A stretch of 64,000 bases of DNA from Pavona decussata (GCA_977016875.1 CDRNST010000197.1:1-64000), one strand, 5' to 3'; shown: positions 48,801 to 63,537, numbered from the stretch's first letter. Program-made: numbers and translations. The notes: a model not told the origin generated them from the letters alone.

Positions 48801-51800
48801 AAAGAGGTAGACTCAATACAACTTTAACGCAGCAGGTATATAAAGCAATACGACTTACTTGGCCCCTCCAGTGGCATTAAGCAAAACGACCTCGAATGCT
48901 TTTGGGTACTTAGTGGCGGACGCCTCACTGGGAGTCAGAGCGATGGAAATGATCTTGGACGTCTGAAAAAAAAAAAATGAAATAATTATATTCTCAGAGA
49001 AAAATTGCCATGGAAAAATGCAAAAACAAAAATCGACGCCAGATATCCTTTTAAACCAATCTTACATTTGTAAGAAAACGGCTGGGATTAAGTCGTCGAA
49101 CGCAATGTATAGGGTTATATCCCGAACATCTAAAATCAGGGTACATCGAAATCTTCCATAACTCTAATAACATTTCTAGTAAAAATGATCAATAGATAGC
49201 AGTTTTTATATTCTCAGAATACTCTACTCTAAAAATATGCTCAAGCATCAGGCAAACAGTCTCGTTTTCAATTTGGATCAAATATTCGTTTTAAATTTGA
49301 AATTTCTCGATATTTTTGAATGTTTAACAACGTCGCCTAGTCTAATACCATAGGGTGAAAGCCATGCATTCCTCTTCCGAGTAAAAGACGTCTCAGTTTC
49401 CCCAAGACGTTTTTATCAAGAGGGAGAGGAAGGCTGTTCGCTTACTATAATCTTCGAAACAAATAAAACACCCACCTCTCCCTTGGCAAATTTGATAGTC
49501 ACTGTGCTAGGTTTCTGATAATCTTCCCCAGCAATAGCTTGGTAAGTCTCCACGCCTGGCTTTGTGGTGACTCTTTCAGTTAGATCACGTGTCTCGTAGT
49601 AGACCGTGACGTCAGTATCTTTGCCTTGACCCCGAATGACTTCAACGGAGACTTCTGTTAACGACTTCTCCACAGCTTTGAAACTAGAAGAAATAGAGCA
49701 GGTTCATTGTTCACTGTTCGGTACTGTAGCAGGGGCTAAATCGCAAGATATCCTTGATTAAACAAACTCACCGTAATAAAGAGCTTTATACGAGATAGAG
49801 ACACCTCACCAAAGCTCCTTGTTACATTTTCGACACTTTCAAACAAAATATAAGAAATGTAAAAGGCTGGCAGAATTTACTTTTTTGACACCCGACAACG
49901 CTGCGTTCTCCTCCTTACACTTACTGTTTTGTTAGACGAAAGCCATCAGAGTTTTATCCAAAACTTCTCAAAAATTAAGATAACATTTTGTTAGGAAGGA
50001 ACGATAAATTGTCCAGTGTAGTAGAATTCCTTTGTTGTCAGAAATTTTGAAACCGGAAGACTGGATGCAGAGGCTTGATCTCGTAAGGCTATAGTCATGG
50101 GCTAACGTACGCGTTTCCGCTGTCCAAATGTTTGACCAATGGCCCAATTTTGGGCAACTTATGGGGGGAGGGGGGGGGGGGCTAACACTGAAGGGGCAAA
50201 TCGTAAATCTACGGTAATATACTTTTCTAGAATATAAACGACCCTGAAAAGAAAAAGACAACAAGAAATAGAGGTAAAAATAACAGCTCACATGGCATCT
50301 TTACTGAACGCTATTGTGCCGTTGGGAAAATCACTGCCCAGAACCTTGACGACAGCGGAGTTGGCTCCTGTATCGATTAGCGCCTGGTTACCACTCACAA
50401 TTCCAGTTAGGTCGACATGAAACTGGCTGGCCCATTCAGCGTTCTAGAGAGAAAAGAAAAGGAAAGAATGCTTACGGTCTCTATTAATCCGTTGTGTACT
50501 TAGAACAAAGGATTTTATAAGATAGATAAAGATAAAAAACCTTCATTTTAATAGGGTAACTCCTTCAGTTTTTGTACAAGATAAAAACTGCTATCCATAG
50601 AGGCCCTATATAATAAACTAGCTATAAAATGTCATATAAAGTAAAAACTAAAAATCTAAATCTGATAAAAATTCTGATTAAAAATTACACACCCATGATA
50701 AAAAAGGCTTTTATCGTATATTCTAATTTTACAGACGGGAGTCTGACTTTATCACTGCTCCTTGTCCTTCTGGGCAATACATCCCTGTTATAATTAAAAT
50801 AGTGCATAAAGGACTTATGACAATGATGACAGCACCAGGAAACCTTAATTCAAATTGCGTAGAAAATTCATTTGGAGACAAAATCCCGTGAAAATCAAGA
50901 GTAATAAAGACTACATAGATAACAGCTTCATGTGCTACTACTTACGTTATCATTAATCAAACGGATGACAAGATCTTGTTCTCGCACGCCAGAAGCAAAT
51001 GTGATTATTCCTTCCCAGGCTACAACTTCACTACGGAACGCACTTTCACGAATACGCCATGATACCTGTAGGTAGAATCATAAGTTAAATCACGCGAGAA
51101 GCGAGAGACGAAGACTACGAGCAGTCCCTTATTTTTCTAGGCGTCATTAAAGTAAAGCGAACGAAACGCGCGAGTGAGCGCGACAATTGTCTCCCACGAG
51201 ATTTTTCTCTTACTCCGCGTGTCGCGTCTCCTCGCAGGAGACAATTTTGCGTGGTCGCCCGCGTGTTTCACTCGCCTTTCTATTCCTGAGACTATACTTT
51301 AGTCCAGGAGAGACGACGAGAGCGCAATCCCTCTACCCTTCCACTCAAATTTTGCTTTTAAGCTTTGCAAGCTATATTGAAGGAGACTCTTCTTAAACTT
51401 TAGACACTAGAACAGAACAGGACGGAGTTGATCAGATCAAATCAGAAAAGAATAGAGCGGAAAGGAACGGGCGGGGTGTGACAGGAAAGCAAAGCACAGG
51501 ACGGCACAGAACAGCATCGAACAGAAAAGAACACAAAACAACAGAATAGAGCAGAACAGAGCAAAACGGAAAGGAACAGCATCGAACACAAACTAAAAAC
51601 ACACACACACGCACACAAAGCAACAGAACAGAACGGGCTAGATCAGAAAAGAATATGGCGTGAGAGAACGGGAGGGGTGTGACAGGACAGCAAAGCGCAG
51701 AACGGCACAGAACAGAAAAGAACACAAAACAACAGAACAGAGCGGAGTAGAGAAAATTAGCACGGCACGGAACGGTACGGCACGGAGCAGGACAGAACAG

Positions 51801-54800
51801 GGGTTTTCAAACAAAGTAAGACATGCAGAAAATAGCACTACCTACCGCCACAGTATCCGGTAGACAACCAGGAGGACAGTTTTCTTTAACTGTACTAGAG
51901 GCCTAGGCGCCAAGAACAAGGAAAGAGTTTGAAACGATAGGCAGAAATAAAAGGGCAAAGATGACCTCTGCGTGGTCAGAAAATATAAATGGTGAAAAAG
52001 AAATTGGTTGAAGAGGGCAGTGCGACAAGGAATGCTCGTTAAGTAGTAGAATATGAGGGCAAGATGCCTTTTACATTGCCTTTGGATTCGACTTTAAGTT
52101 ATTTTAAGTCTCAAATTACTTCTAGATTTGAATGTCCAATGGCGAAGTTTTGAAGTAACTAGCTTGAAGAGTAATTTAAAACAAAAGGAAAAGGAATATT
52201 TAGAAGAGAGCAGCTTCAAGTAGGACTGAGTATTCACATTACCCAGCAATACACACATGAATAATAAATAAATAAATAAATGGTAAATAAACAAATAAAT
52301 TAAAAAATGTCTTTATTTAAGTTTCGAAGTAGTTAGCACTGTAGCGCTATAAATAAGTGAAATAAATATACAAACTGAAAATAACATTTGTTAAAAATCC
52401 CAACTAGTGGAAGGCAATCCAGTTGGCTATTTACAAAGCGTGGCCTTGATTTGAAAACGGGGCTACCGTGAAACAAATCCAAGGGGCCGCAACTCGCAAC
52501 CCGGGGCCTCCGGAATACATGTCCGGCGCCGCAACCACTAGGCCACGTCGCTTCTGCTAAATGAAATACTACAAGAGAAGTAGGGCATTATGGTGCGATG
52601 GCACACCTTGCAGAGACACGTTGAAGAAGCAGCAGTGTTAACCGAGGTCATAATTTAAATTTAAATAGAAAAGTCTGTTGTAGATAAGGTTTACTTTGAC
52701 AGCTCAAAGCTGATAAGATTTTTGTGAGTCCGTGAGTTTACCAAATCATTTTATAATTTTCTAAAAAAGTTCCAAGTAGGAGACAGATCGGCACAGTGAC
52801 ATTGTGCTGGTACGCCTTGTAGACAGCTGCACTGCCGCTACATACCTTAACTTCACCAAATGTCGCTCTTGTTCTTTGAACTCTAAGAACAACTGAAAGA
52901 CACAACATCATGGCATGATTAGGACACACGCTTTGTTTTTTCGTCAAACAAAATTATCAAGTTTGCGCATGAACAAAGTAGAGATTTAACATCTCTCACC
53001 AGTTCCTGCTCCATCTTCGTCAGCTGTTGCTGTCCGTGAACCAGGCATAAAACCGATTTCTCCGTTCATCAAATCATTTCCTTGAATGGTAATAACAGCC
53101 CACGACTGACAGGAAAAACAGAAATTGAAAACATATGCTAGCGTTAATTCACAGAAAAAGGTCCTTTTGAGGAATTCAAAGCTCGCGAACGACGCCTGTA
53201 GGTCTAGTATGAAATAAAGGGAGGGGGCTGGGCACACCACGTTAATGCCGACCATGAATTTATCAAACCTGTTTACATGGAAACGCTTTCAACTAGGTCG
53301 CCGAGTTAAACTGACGTAGAAAGAACGCACTCCTAATCTAATTGTGTTTGGAGTGGAGATCGTATGGGACAATCAACGAATCAATGGATCTTGGGACGCG
53401 TATCTGGCACCCCCCCCCCCCCCCACAGATTTTGCAGGGGTGGATGACATCATCATCAACTTGGCAAAGAAGAGAGAGCCTTGGATCGAGATCATCGAAC
53501 GAACTCCCTAATCTTTGATCATTACTAGTAAATAGATAAGGGGTTAGTTTTTTTTCTAAAGGAACTGTGGTGTTGCATGGGTGGGGAGTAGAAATGAATG
53601 CTATTTTTCCCTTTTCTTTGGGCGTACGTGAAAGCAGCTTTCTTCATCTATGCCAATAACGTATACAAGGCAAAGCGACCGGGTTGGGTTAATAGGAACC
53701 CGAGACGAGAAGCAAAACTGATATCTCGAGTTTAAAAACTGAATGAATCAAACATTGAACAGCTTCTGCACCTGGAGTCCACTGTCGGAATCAGTAGCTA
53801 CTCTAGCGCCACCTTGGACATTTGTTAGGTAAACCAAAACCAGTTCGTCAGGTTCGGGCACGCTATCATCGTTAATTACCAGCTGCACTTTCCTTACTTG
53901 ACCGCCTGCTGGTATGGGGTCTTCATTCTGAAACAAGATCAGTCAACAGAGCATTAGCAGCAGTACTGGAAATGCCTGACAATTTGATCAGCCATTTTTC
54001 ATAATCGTCTAAAAAAGACAATCACTGACATACACGATGGATTTGGTACCTTTTACGATGCATTATGGGACCTCGCAGAATGCACTGCCATTGTCAAATT
54101 TAAAAACAAGTAGGTCACGGTGAGATAGAGTTTTGTGACAAAACAAAACATGTTCAAGGACATTTTAAAATTAATCAGACATTTCAGAAATATGGTCCTA
54201 CAATGTCCCACAATGTCCCAACAGGTAGTTTAATGGAGATCTCGGTACACTGTATAAGCTCTTATTTCTTAACAAATTACTTGAATGATTAATTCCCATA
54301 TGTTTGAGCAATCTCAGATGATCCGGATGACGTTATCCGACTTTAGACGCCTGAGACTTCAAATCGGTCGTTTCCGGGTTCAAGTCCAGCTTTGACCGCT
54401 TATGAATATCACTCGAAAATCTTTTAACCGTGTTATTTTCAGTTTGATTTACTTGTTTCTTTGTTCGAATGCTCAGCTCACAAGTACCTTAACCCATAAA
54501 CACTTATCGAGGGTAAACAAAGAAACTTAGAAATGCTGGGGAGGGGGATGGGGAGGGGGAACCATGATATTTTAGCATTAGCTCCCAATCATTATGAATG
54601 CCACTAACTCATTCTTTAAAACAACATTTTCTGTGTTCAACATCAAAGTTTCAAACACAACAACATCATGGCAGTCTTACCGGGAAATTCACTCTCGTTG
54701 AAAGCTGAACATAATCGGGACCAGCGGTGGCATTCCTTTCTCCTGTCTTCGCTGCAATGGCCTCTTTCAAGGACTGCATGGTGGGACTCCAGCCCTCCCC

Positions 54801-57800
54801 ACCCCCCACAGTCCTCACAAGGACAGATACATCACCAAATGTTCCCTGGGTTCGTTGAATTTCTAGCTCCACAGCACGAGAAGAGTTCTCTGACGCTGTT
54901 ATACGAGGGTCGCGGAAACTTAGCACTCCTTGAGGGTCGTCGTTGTCTTTGATTGTTATGCGTACTGTCCTGTTCAGACCAAGACGTGGAGAAAAACCTG
55001 GAAAATTAAAAAAAAAAAAAAAAAAAAGACTTACATCTATTACTCGAAAGCGGTAGAAATACTATAGAAATAAAATACGAAAAATAATTTTGAATGAACT
55101 GGTCTATAACGAACAAACCAGGAAAAAACTCGGCAATCGCAAAGAAAAATTGCCACGATGGAAATCCTTATTCATGATACAGCCGAAGCGGTTATTACAG
55201 TAAAAGTCGTCACCTGGATGATCACTTTTTTATTTAAAAGGCCATTTTCGAGTTGATTTGAACTTCGCTACGAAAGCGAGGCTAAATGCAAAGCTTTTCA
55301 TGTGAAAACTAAACTTGAATTTTCATAGTAAAAACGATGCACGAAGCAACCCGCAAAAGACCTATTAAATCAAAAAGTGATCACTCACTTTGTGACGGTT
55401 TGCACAATAAGAAGCATAAAGCTAAGCGTGAGTTATTGTGCGCAGTGAAAATTCATACTTTGTGCTAGTAGGGCTTGTTTTTGTGCTTACTTCACTGGTG
55501 GGAACATGCTTAAAGGCTTACAGCGCTATTACAGGTTACTTACTTCCGGTGACACTAGTGATGTTGAGGTACAGCACACGGTCTTTCTCCGGGTTATTGT
55601 TGCTATCAGGCACATTGACATCAAATTCTTTACTAAACTCTCCTTCAGCCATGCTGAACGATTTCGTCTGGCCGTGGAAGACGTAATTTACTGTAACAGA
55701 TCCTAGCACACTGAACTGCCGAATGACTTTACACTTGGCCTGAGACAAGACAAAACGGGCAGCTATGAGCAGTGATAACACAGTACGCTCACTTTAATTA
55801 AGGCCAGCAGACTAAAGAGGACGGGGGAGGGGGGGGGGAAGGAAACAGGTCATCCGGGACTTTTTGTGGGATAGTCAGGGGGACTTATCCCATCGTGTGA
55901 ACTAACCGAATAGTCCCAGAGGCCACATGTGGTCCCTATGAGATCAAACCGACTTGAACTCAAAATTCTGCCTGCCCCTTCGTGTGACTGTCCCTGGGAC
56001 CAGTACCCTAGTGTAAACACTACAAGGAACTTTTCTCTCGGGAACTTGCTCCCTCGTGTGTGCCAACCGTTACAAGGGGGCGCCGTTTTATGCAATATCA
56101 ATCAACATTTTGTAAGGTTAAAGTTAAAGTTGAGTAAAGAAAAAAAATCTTAATATGTTAAAGTAAAGCTTCAGATCCAATGCTGTATTGTAATATTTCG
56201 CATAAAAACAAAAAAGAAAAAACAAAAAGAAAAAAACGTAGTTCCGTTTTGGGACAAGTTAATATGAACCATCACATAGTCCTTTCCAAAATGTAACAGC
56301 AATAACGCCAAACAAGGTCAATTTTTCTCTCTTATATCACGCTGACAAATTTTATTGAAGAAGTATATCGCTTACCACTCCTCCTTCGACCGCTGCAAGG
56401 TGTTGTCTGTCTGGAGCAATGACAACAACACCGCTGTACTCAATGATCGCCGTGCGACTGGCTCCGGTGGTGATGTTTGCGCCTCCAGGAAGGTTAGAGG
56501 GCGCCGTGTGAGCTGTGACCAGATACAGTGAATACACGAGCTTCTTATTTGGGACAAGCATTGGATCAACCTAAAATACATGAAAGAGAAGGTTATTTTT
56601 TAAAAATGTTGCGATAAACTCCAAAACTGTCGTTTTTTCTCTTTCTCACTTTTCAGTTCCTCGCTCGATTCAGACTTTTAGTTTGAAGAACGCGCATGTT
56701 CGTAGACTGTATGACGAGTTAACGGAAAAGATGCCAACTGTTTCGCAGTCCAATGCTGCAAATTAATACTCCTTTTAAAGGGGGTAATGTCACCTATTTG
56801 TGATGTTAATTTGAATGGCCAAAAAACACATTTGCATCGACGGAATCGTTAAAATAATGGTTCAGTGTTGTTAACAGTAACACTACAACTACACAGAAAC
56901 TAGTATTAAGTATCTTTGGCCGCGGATGGCCAAGATTAAAATGGATTGAAACTTGAAAATATTGGCTAATTTTTTCAGGTTCTTCCAGCGTATTTGGAGT
57001 AATCGCTAATAATTGATTATAGTTTGTTCTTCCCAGGAGAAATCACTTTATATTTTATTCTCGGTGCTCTAACGACTAAGTCATTTGATGTTAGCGAAAA
57101 GGCACCTTGTCAAATACTTGAGCAGTTTCGACCAAAACTCCGCGACAGTGCCCCTTTAAAACCGTCCGACCCCGGTGAAAAAAAAAAGTGGCTGTTGTTG
57201 GCACATCGTTTCTTAAGTTTATTCCCATTCGCATTCATGTGGCCATAATTTTATCCAAAAAATGAATTAAGAATAGTCATTTTAAAGTTTAGAGCATATC
57301 ATTCATTACAAAAGCAGAGAATCTCCATTCCTTGCACGAGTGATTTGGACATATAGTGCCTATGTTGAGTTTTCAAGTCGATGACAGTTCGTCCAATGGA
57401 CCTCATTCGCTTTATATAATAATTACCCATTACAAACAACGTGATATTCTCAGAAGAATTGATCCTTTGTCTTTTTAAAGTAAAGAATGCATGCCAGTGT
57501 CAATATGACCAATTCTAAAAGAGACTACTCCCTAGAGGACCGCCACATGATCTGTAAAGGGGCAACAAAACAACGAAGAGAATAAGGTCTTCTCCATTCT
57601 GAAAAGGCTGTCCAAAAATTCAAAATAACGTTTCTGGTGGAAGTGAGTTTTTTGAGCCGTTTGCTCTGTTTTGATCAGTTATGCGAGCTCAAGCAAGCTC
57701 CTGGTGATTGTTAAGTAAGCACAGCCTATAAGCGCGGATTATGTTAAACATTGTAAGGTTTTCCCACGAAAAACTCAATGGATGACAGCAAAAGAATGAG

Positions 57801-60800
57801 GACTTACTTTGGCAGAAAACGTTACGCTTTTCTTCGATCCAGTAAATGACAGCGGACTGCTGGTGATCACGACTTGCCCTGCGGCAAAGCCACCTGGGAA
57901 GGTTCCAGGCGGGGAACCCTTGGTGACGTCAACTGAAACACTGCCAAACAAACCTTCACGAAGGACCGTGATGGACGTAACCTCGTTGTCTATAAACAGA
58001 AGCGAATACAAGATTAAAGTGAAGGTCGAAAGAACGACTTTCGAACGGCAAATAACATTGGGAGAGGGAGGGGGGGGGGGGGGTAGAGGGCAGTTTTGAG
58101 AGTCTTGAAAAGCTGCATCTTATTCGTCTAACATGTGAAATGAAAATGTTTTCTGTCGATTAACATTATCGGTTTCAAGAGCCCTCATCTATGAAATGAA
58201 AACTGAGTTCGAGAACTGAGTCCTGACCTTGTCGCCATATTTTGCCTCCCAACACAGTCGTCATTTTTGTGAATTTACTTCTACAGTTCAAGAAAAAAAA
58301 GTACAAAAAAAAATGCCTTGACTTTCCTTATGTTCCAGTATAGAGACTAAGAGAATAAAGTCAAGTAAAATGCGACATTCAGTTTCCTGAAAATCGCTTT
58401 AATGTCTAGGTTAACAGTAATAGAAAGCAACAACAACAGCAATAGCGTCATGAAAGGTGCAAGTCAGCGTTGTTTGAAATGTCATTTTGTTGTGGATAGC
58501 GACGTTTCGCTATACTGCTGGCGATGGTGTTGGCTGGCATCGCCTGACACAGTCGTGAGACAAACGATCGACTAAGCTATCAACAACAAAAACAAGATTT
58601 CTTCCTTTGCTGTTTACATACCAGCTCCGACTGTCAGTCTCAAAGAGTTGTCAGCGAACTTGAACACTGCATTAGCCGCATCCTCTGGAACTGAAACCAA
58701 TTCGGTTGTGTCGCTTGCCGAGTTAGTTGATAGCTTAGGGGCGATAGAAGTCGCTGGAACTAAACAGACAAGTAACGTTAACAGCTTGAAAACCCAAACC
58801 TTTATTTAACACCGACAGCAAATAAATAATGATAGTTCTTTTAAATCCCACCAACAGTAATGCCTTTTCAAAACGCCCCGTTTACGTCGGTTTCATCGAA
58901 TAGGCATGAAAATCAAATGATGAGAAACGAATAATCCAAATTGAACAGGACAGGTTAAAAAATCCCACGTACATGCAGTTTGCAAAAATCTCACCTTGAC
59001 TGTCGCTGTAACGAACTCCTGTTAATGTAACAGTGAAACTGGAACCCAAACGCAGGAAGGCTGATAAAGTGATGTTCTTAGAAATCTACGTGGAAGAAAT
59101 TGAAAAAAATGTGAGTGAAGAGGAATTTTCCAATATAAATTGCAATAAAGAAAGAAAATCAATTAATTTACTTCGTGCAAAAGACGAAGAGCAAAGCAAA
59201 GTGCAAAAAACGAAGAGAGAAAGGCTGCTCGTTTACAAGCAAGTTCTCCTTGGCAAGTCCCGCTTTCACATTCAAGCGCAGGTGTGTGGGTGAGATTAAA
59301 GTTGCATAATGGACTGATAGCCAAATTCTTCACAACACAAAAAACATGAAAATGTCCCTTCACACAAAAGTACGTTAAAAGAGAATATTTCGACATTGCT
59401 TTGGTGCAGTATCAGGAATAACTAAACCGAAAAAACAACAACAACAAAACATTATACATACCTGGCTTTGTCCACTGGGAACTGTAACACTTCCTTTCAT
59501 CTCCGTGGGGTACCACTCCGAGTGTCGCACTTCGTACTGTATGTCGACTGCGCCAAATGTCCCTTGGTCTCGCTGCACTGTGAATCGCAGAAGTCTGCTG
59601 CTCCCGATCACCTGTACTTTTTGAGCACCAGGTTGAAGCTTGAATATTCCGTGAGGATCGTCATTAGCGCTGAAATTTAAAATAAAAAAGCTATCATTTA
59701 TGAATTCACATACAGGCGCAGAAGTAACAGCTACCTTGTATAGCGTAATGAAAAGCACCACAGGAAGGTACTGCTCAGTAATTTTCACTTTAACAATGTT
59801 ATCCATAGACTCAAAATTTGAACTATCTTTTACAGCAACAGTATCACAGAAAAGTGCTATCATTTATGATGTCACATACAGACGTAAAAGTAACAGCTAC
59901 CTTGTATAGCGTAATGAACAGTACCACAGGAAAGTACTGCCGAGAGGCTTTCACTTCGATGCTCTAGCTTTAGAATTTCATCCAGACTTAAAAGCTAGAA
60001 CCACCTTATGCGGCGTAATAAACAGCCCCACAATTTGCAATTTTGGCATTGCCTTTTTAATGCATAACAAACAGTACAGCTTTCATTTGAGTCGTCCCAA
60101 TTGAGGATTTCATCCACAGATTGAAACATAAAAAACATCTTACGTACCATAAGAAAAAGCAACCCACTGCGTGGCCATGATTTTACCAACCTTATTTTGA
60201 AGGTGACATTATTATGTGCAAGATCCAAGTCTGCCCCTCCGTCCACAGACATGATTCTCAAGTTGTATTCTCCTTCCAGTTCAGGAACATCATCGGAAGT
60301 GATTTCTACCACGATATTTTTCCTGAATTCATCTGCCAGGAAGGTAACAGTGCCAGAAGTAGTCTTCACACCACCCGATGGACCGGTGATCTGCCAATTA
60401 AGCTGTTCAAACAAGCAGAGGAGTTGACTGATATGACCACACCGCTCAAAAGGTTTACCAGAAACTTTGGCGTACTGGTGATCTGCCTTTTCCCTTTTGG
60501 GTCGTTAACGAAGGCGCTTTGTTCAACGAATTTATTTCCCCCATTGATTTTAATTGCCACGGACACCTTCAGAACCACAATTCGGTATCTATATGAGAAT
60601 CTTTACCTATTGCCATACATCAGCAAAAACGACAGAATAAACCACAAACAAATAGTCGCCATAAATTGAAACAGCTTGGAAAACTTTTTCTGTAAATCTG
60701 AACATGTTTTGAGGCAAAGCAATGACGTCAGCAAAGGTTCTCTTATAGTAAAGTCCAAAATAGCGGGGGCTATTTTCAGTGATTCGGCCTCGCCAGTATT

Positions 60801-63537
60801 TCAAAACCTTGTAGGGCATTGGCAATAGCGAGGTGTCTGTCAGTCGATAGTCAACTGCATTAGGTAAGGTCGGGTGATACTTACATTGACCGTCCCTTGT
60901 CTTCCTTCATTCCTCACCACAGTGAAATGTTCTGATGACACTCCGCTTGCTGGCTCAGTAAACGTTTTCGTGGCCGTATTCTCAAAGCGGAACACTCCAT
61001 TAGGAAAGCCGTGCTTTTCAATGGTTATGGTGATGTTGGCTTGGAGACCGTCGATTGAACCATTACCAGACACACGGTATATTGTGAGAAGAAATCGTTC
61101 TTCCGGTTCGTCGTGACCTATGTAAATGGCAGAGAAAACATTAGTTTGTGTGCATCACGTTAAGCTCCTTTGCAGTCCCGAAAAGATTTGACAACAAAAG
61201 TTTAAGTTTCACAAAATGAACCAAAAACTAACCGAGCTCGCCACGTGTCTAACAGCCTAGCTCAGTTTCTCTTGAAAATAGAAATTAGGTTACCCAACGA
61301 GCATTCCAATTTGTTCAACTTGTCCGAACTATCGAGAAACTGTATTGGTAGGAACGGCATTCAATTTAAGGGAGAAAAAAAATGAAAAATTCACTGTTCT
61401 CTACAAAACCTAGAATTTGGTCATTCGAGTTGTTGTTTGCAGGAGTCCGCATAGAAATGTACCAAAATGTATAACGCAGTGCAGAGCCATAGTTTCGCTT
61501 GTTAAACCTAATGACATGATAACACTTTCACTCTACACTCACCCAAGAAAGGTTTCACGCGAAGCTTTACGGTCCTTTTAGCTCCCGTGCCACCATTAGG
61601 AAAAACTTCTGATCCGTTTGTTTGGCCTTCAAAGTCATCAGATAACAAGCAAGAATCACAAGGAGGGTGGAGACGAACTAGCTTCCAACTCACCTAGAGT
61701 GTACAAAAAGGAAATACTTAACTTACTACTCTTCAGTCAATAATCGAACAATCATACTGTCCCTCATACTTCATTTATTTATACACGGTAAAATCTTTTA
61801 GTAATACATTATAATAAAAAAGTATTAAAAACTTCACAAGTTAAAATAAAAATACTGTTCTACAAGATTGCCGTGTGGGACCCTGAATGACAATTGTTGT
61901 AAAGTCGATCATTTTTCCTTTTAAAGCGACCAAGAGAGTCTATTATCCGTAAATTGACGGGCAGACTGTTCTATGATAGCGCCTCGCTGTACCCAAAGCT
62001 ACGACTGCGATAGCTCGTGTGTGGCTTTAGCAAGTCTAGTTTGATCTCGGAATCCGTTAGATTATTTTTTATATATTGCGGATACTAAACAAATTTTGTA
62101 AGTACATCGGGGAAAGCCCTTTAATTGTTTTAAGCGGGTGGAGAGATTGTCCCAGTGGAGCCTCTCAACAATTAGACACTCACATCCTTAAGCCTATGAG
62201 CAGGCTTTCCTCAGTCATAAATGTGTTAATTTTATCAATCATGCAGATGCTACTTTGAACAGCAATTTCACTTCTGTCTGAACGAGGTATAAAAAATTTG
62301 TTCAACTCACCTCTACATCTCCCTCTGCTCCACCTTCTCGTTCAATGATAAAACTGATATCCGTAGAAATGCTTGGATTTTGAAGCGACAACTGAGATGC
62401 GTTTACAAAACCAAACAATCCACTGGGGTCATCGCTCGTTTCTATGGTAACAGTGGTGGTGTTTGGCGAGCCTAATTTAGCTCCTCCTGTGATGGAATCT
62501 AGCGTGACTGTAAAAACTTCACGGTGCTCCGGTATGTCATCGTCGATGATCGGTATGTTTATTGACGAGGAGTTTTGGCCGTTGGAGAAATGAACGACTC
62601 CTCCAGATTTGGTGAAATCGTTGGCCAGGAATGCACTGCCATTGTGGACTGTATACCTGACGTCGGCAACTCCCAGGCTACCCCCTTTATGATCGAAAAA
62701 CGGAAAATAATTAGGTAAAGTTTGACCGGATAAGAACAAACTTTTTGAATACAAAGAGGGATGAAAATAATGGGAGAGTAGTGGAACGGTGCTTTGTACA
62801 AAGCAGCTGTGAGGTGGGGCTCCATTTTACTGTTCATAAACCTAACCTTAATATTAAATACATGAAATTATCATATATTTAGTTAAGCAAACTGCGTACG
62901 AGTTATATAAGACGAAAAATCTTTGAATTTAGCAACTTTAAGTCGATTTAAGTTTGGAAATTCATCAATTGACAATCATTAATCATAATGAAATACATAC
63001 GAGGGAGAGAATACTCAGAAAAAATCCTGGCACCTATAGAGACCAGTTTTGTTCAGAGTTCACGTAAATGACCATTTATATTTTCATGTTTGTGGGAACT
63101 AAGACTGACCAACTACCAGCTTTACGAAAGCTATTGAAAAAAGTGTTGCAAGGCCATCGAAAAAGCCTGTGGTCACCTTCACGCCAAAATTTTCTACAGA
63201 TTTCCTTGCAGCGGCTTTTAAACTTTCTAAGAAGCCAAACTTACCTTCTCTAACCAGGTGCAAAACAGCAGCACCGCTCTCTTCTCGCACGAGCAAAGTG
63301 CTCCGCGTGAAGTGAATTGTTCCACGGGCCTCGTCGTTTTCACGAATCACAACCAGCACCTCGCTCTTTGCTGAGTTTATCCTGGGTGGAATATTCAGCT
63401 GTAATCCACCCACCTCGCTGTAGTCCAAAGCCGAAGGAGACACAAGCTGCACTCCAAGCAGCTGCACTCGGATGGTTTCTGAAAGCTCGGGGAGATCGTC
63501 TTTCTTTATTAGAATGGGGACGATTTTTTGATCCTCT
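36811..63537 (-). CDS. ADGRV1: Adhesion GPCR V1 (VLGR1/GPR98), 3' part, 36 exons, ~1855 aa; 5' part lies beyond the window
   Basis: In-frame exon chain: 63245-63537, 62311-62684, 61543-61693, 60885-61117, 60191-60402, 59462-59669, 58995-59085, 58622-58759, 57808-57989, 56376-56570, 55544-55739, 54681-54997, 53772-53927, 53000-53105, 52846-52892, 50946-51065, 50292-50443, 49476-49683, 48859-48962, 47895-48014, 47177-47302, 46704-46778, 46417-46581, 45937-46003, 45738-45818, 45251-45357, 45037-45094, 44507-44629, 44038-44142, 43341-43463, 42545-42626, 41877-41979, 41089-41246, 39988-40109, 39137-39331, 36811-37086. Multiple Calx-beta repeats ([31 protein letters not shown]). [27 protein letters not shown]. 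7TM ([38 protein letters not shown]). Tail [23 protein letters not shown], diagnostic for VLGR1. Confidence 0.96.
39372..39910 (+). repeat. 175-180-bp tandem repeat, 3 copies, in an ADGRV1 intron
   Basis: Units start at 39372, 39552 and 39727 (CTCAAAG..CAGATGAAGACGTCGAAGTCCGTTTACGAAAGCGTCAC...GAATAAGGTGTTAG). Confidence 0.9.
40150..40420 (-). mobile_element. tRNA-derived SINE
   Basis: Minus strand has an A-box TAGCTCAGAAGTGG, anticodon arm TCCGTA-CTAGTAA-TCGGA and B-box GGTTCGACTCC (~40217-40292). The acceptor stem does not pair. Confidence 0.7.
47520..47700 (-). mobile_element. LINE (CR1/L2-like) 3' RT-ORF fragment
   Basis: Peptide [24 protein letters not shown] is typical of the C-terminus of CR1/L2-clade ORF2. 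Confidence 0.65.
48372..48410 (-). ncRNA. Decayed minimal hammerhead (Penelope pLTR fragment)
   Basis: Minus strand GCT-GTGACTA-A-GGGC-TGAC-GCTC-GAAACGTC. Stem II and GAAACGTC are intact; the CUGANGA core is mutated. Confidence 0.45.
51405..51830. repeat. Pentamer-derived (ACAGA/ACGGC) low-complexity repeat with ~200-bp higher-order duplication
   Basis: ATCAGAAAAGAATA..GGGGTGTGACAGGA..GCAAAGC..ACGGCACAGAACAG..AGAAAAGAACACAAAACAACAGAA occurs at ~51441 and ~51642. Confidence 0.8.
52385..52556 (-). mobile_element. SINE-like interspersed repeat
   Basis: Minus strand starts tRNA-like (GTGGCCTAGTGGTT..GGGTTGCGAGT). The TTAAAAATCCCAAC end recurs at ~58955. Confidence 0.5.
56779..57155. mobile_element. 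Kolobok-like MITE (TTAA TSD)
   Basis: TTAA|AGGGGGTAATGTCAC ... GCGACAGTGCCCCT|TTAA imperfect TIRs. Confidence 0.65.
61770..62280 (-). mobile_element. LINE (L2/CR1-like) 3' fragment
   Basis: Minus-strand remnant [48 protein letters not shown], followed by a 3' UTR and an AT-rich tail. Confidence 0.7.

Noticed and set aside
51432-51863. Cys/Leu/Phe-rich and Arg-rich ORFs
   Set aside because: Translations of a pentamer low-complexity repeat.
54335-54400. tRNA-like sequence (GGTTCAAGTCC)
   Set aside because: B-box only, no cloverleaf; a decayed SINE.
60197-61116. Plus-strand ORFs of 76-151 aa
   Set aside because: Antisense shadows of ADGRV1 exons.
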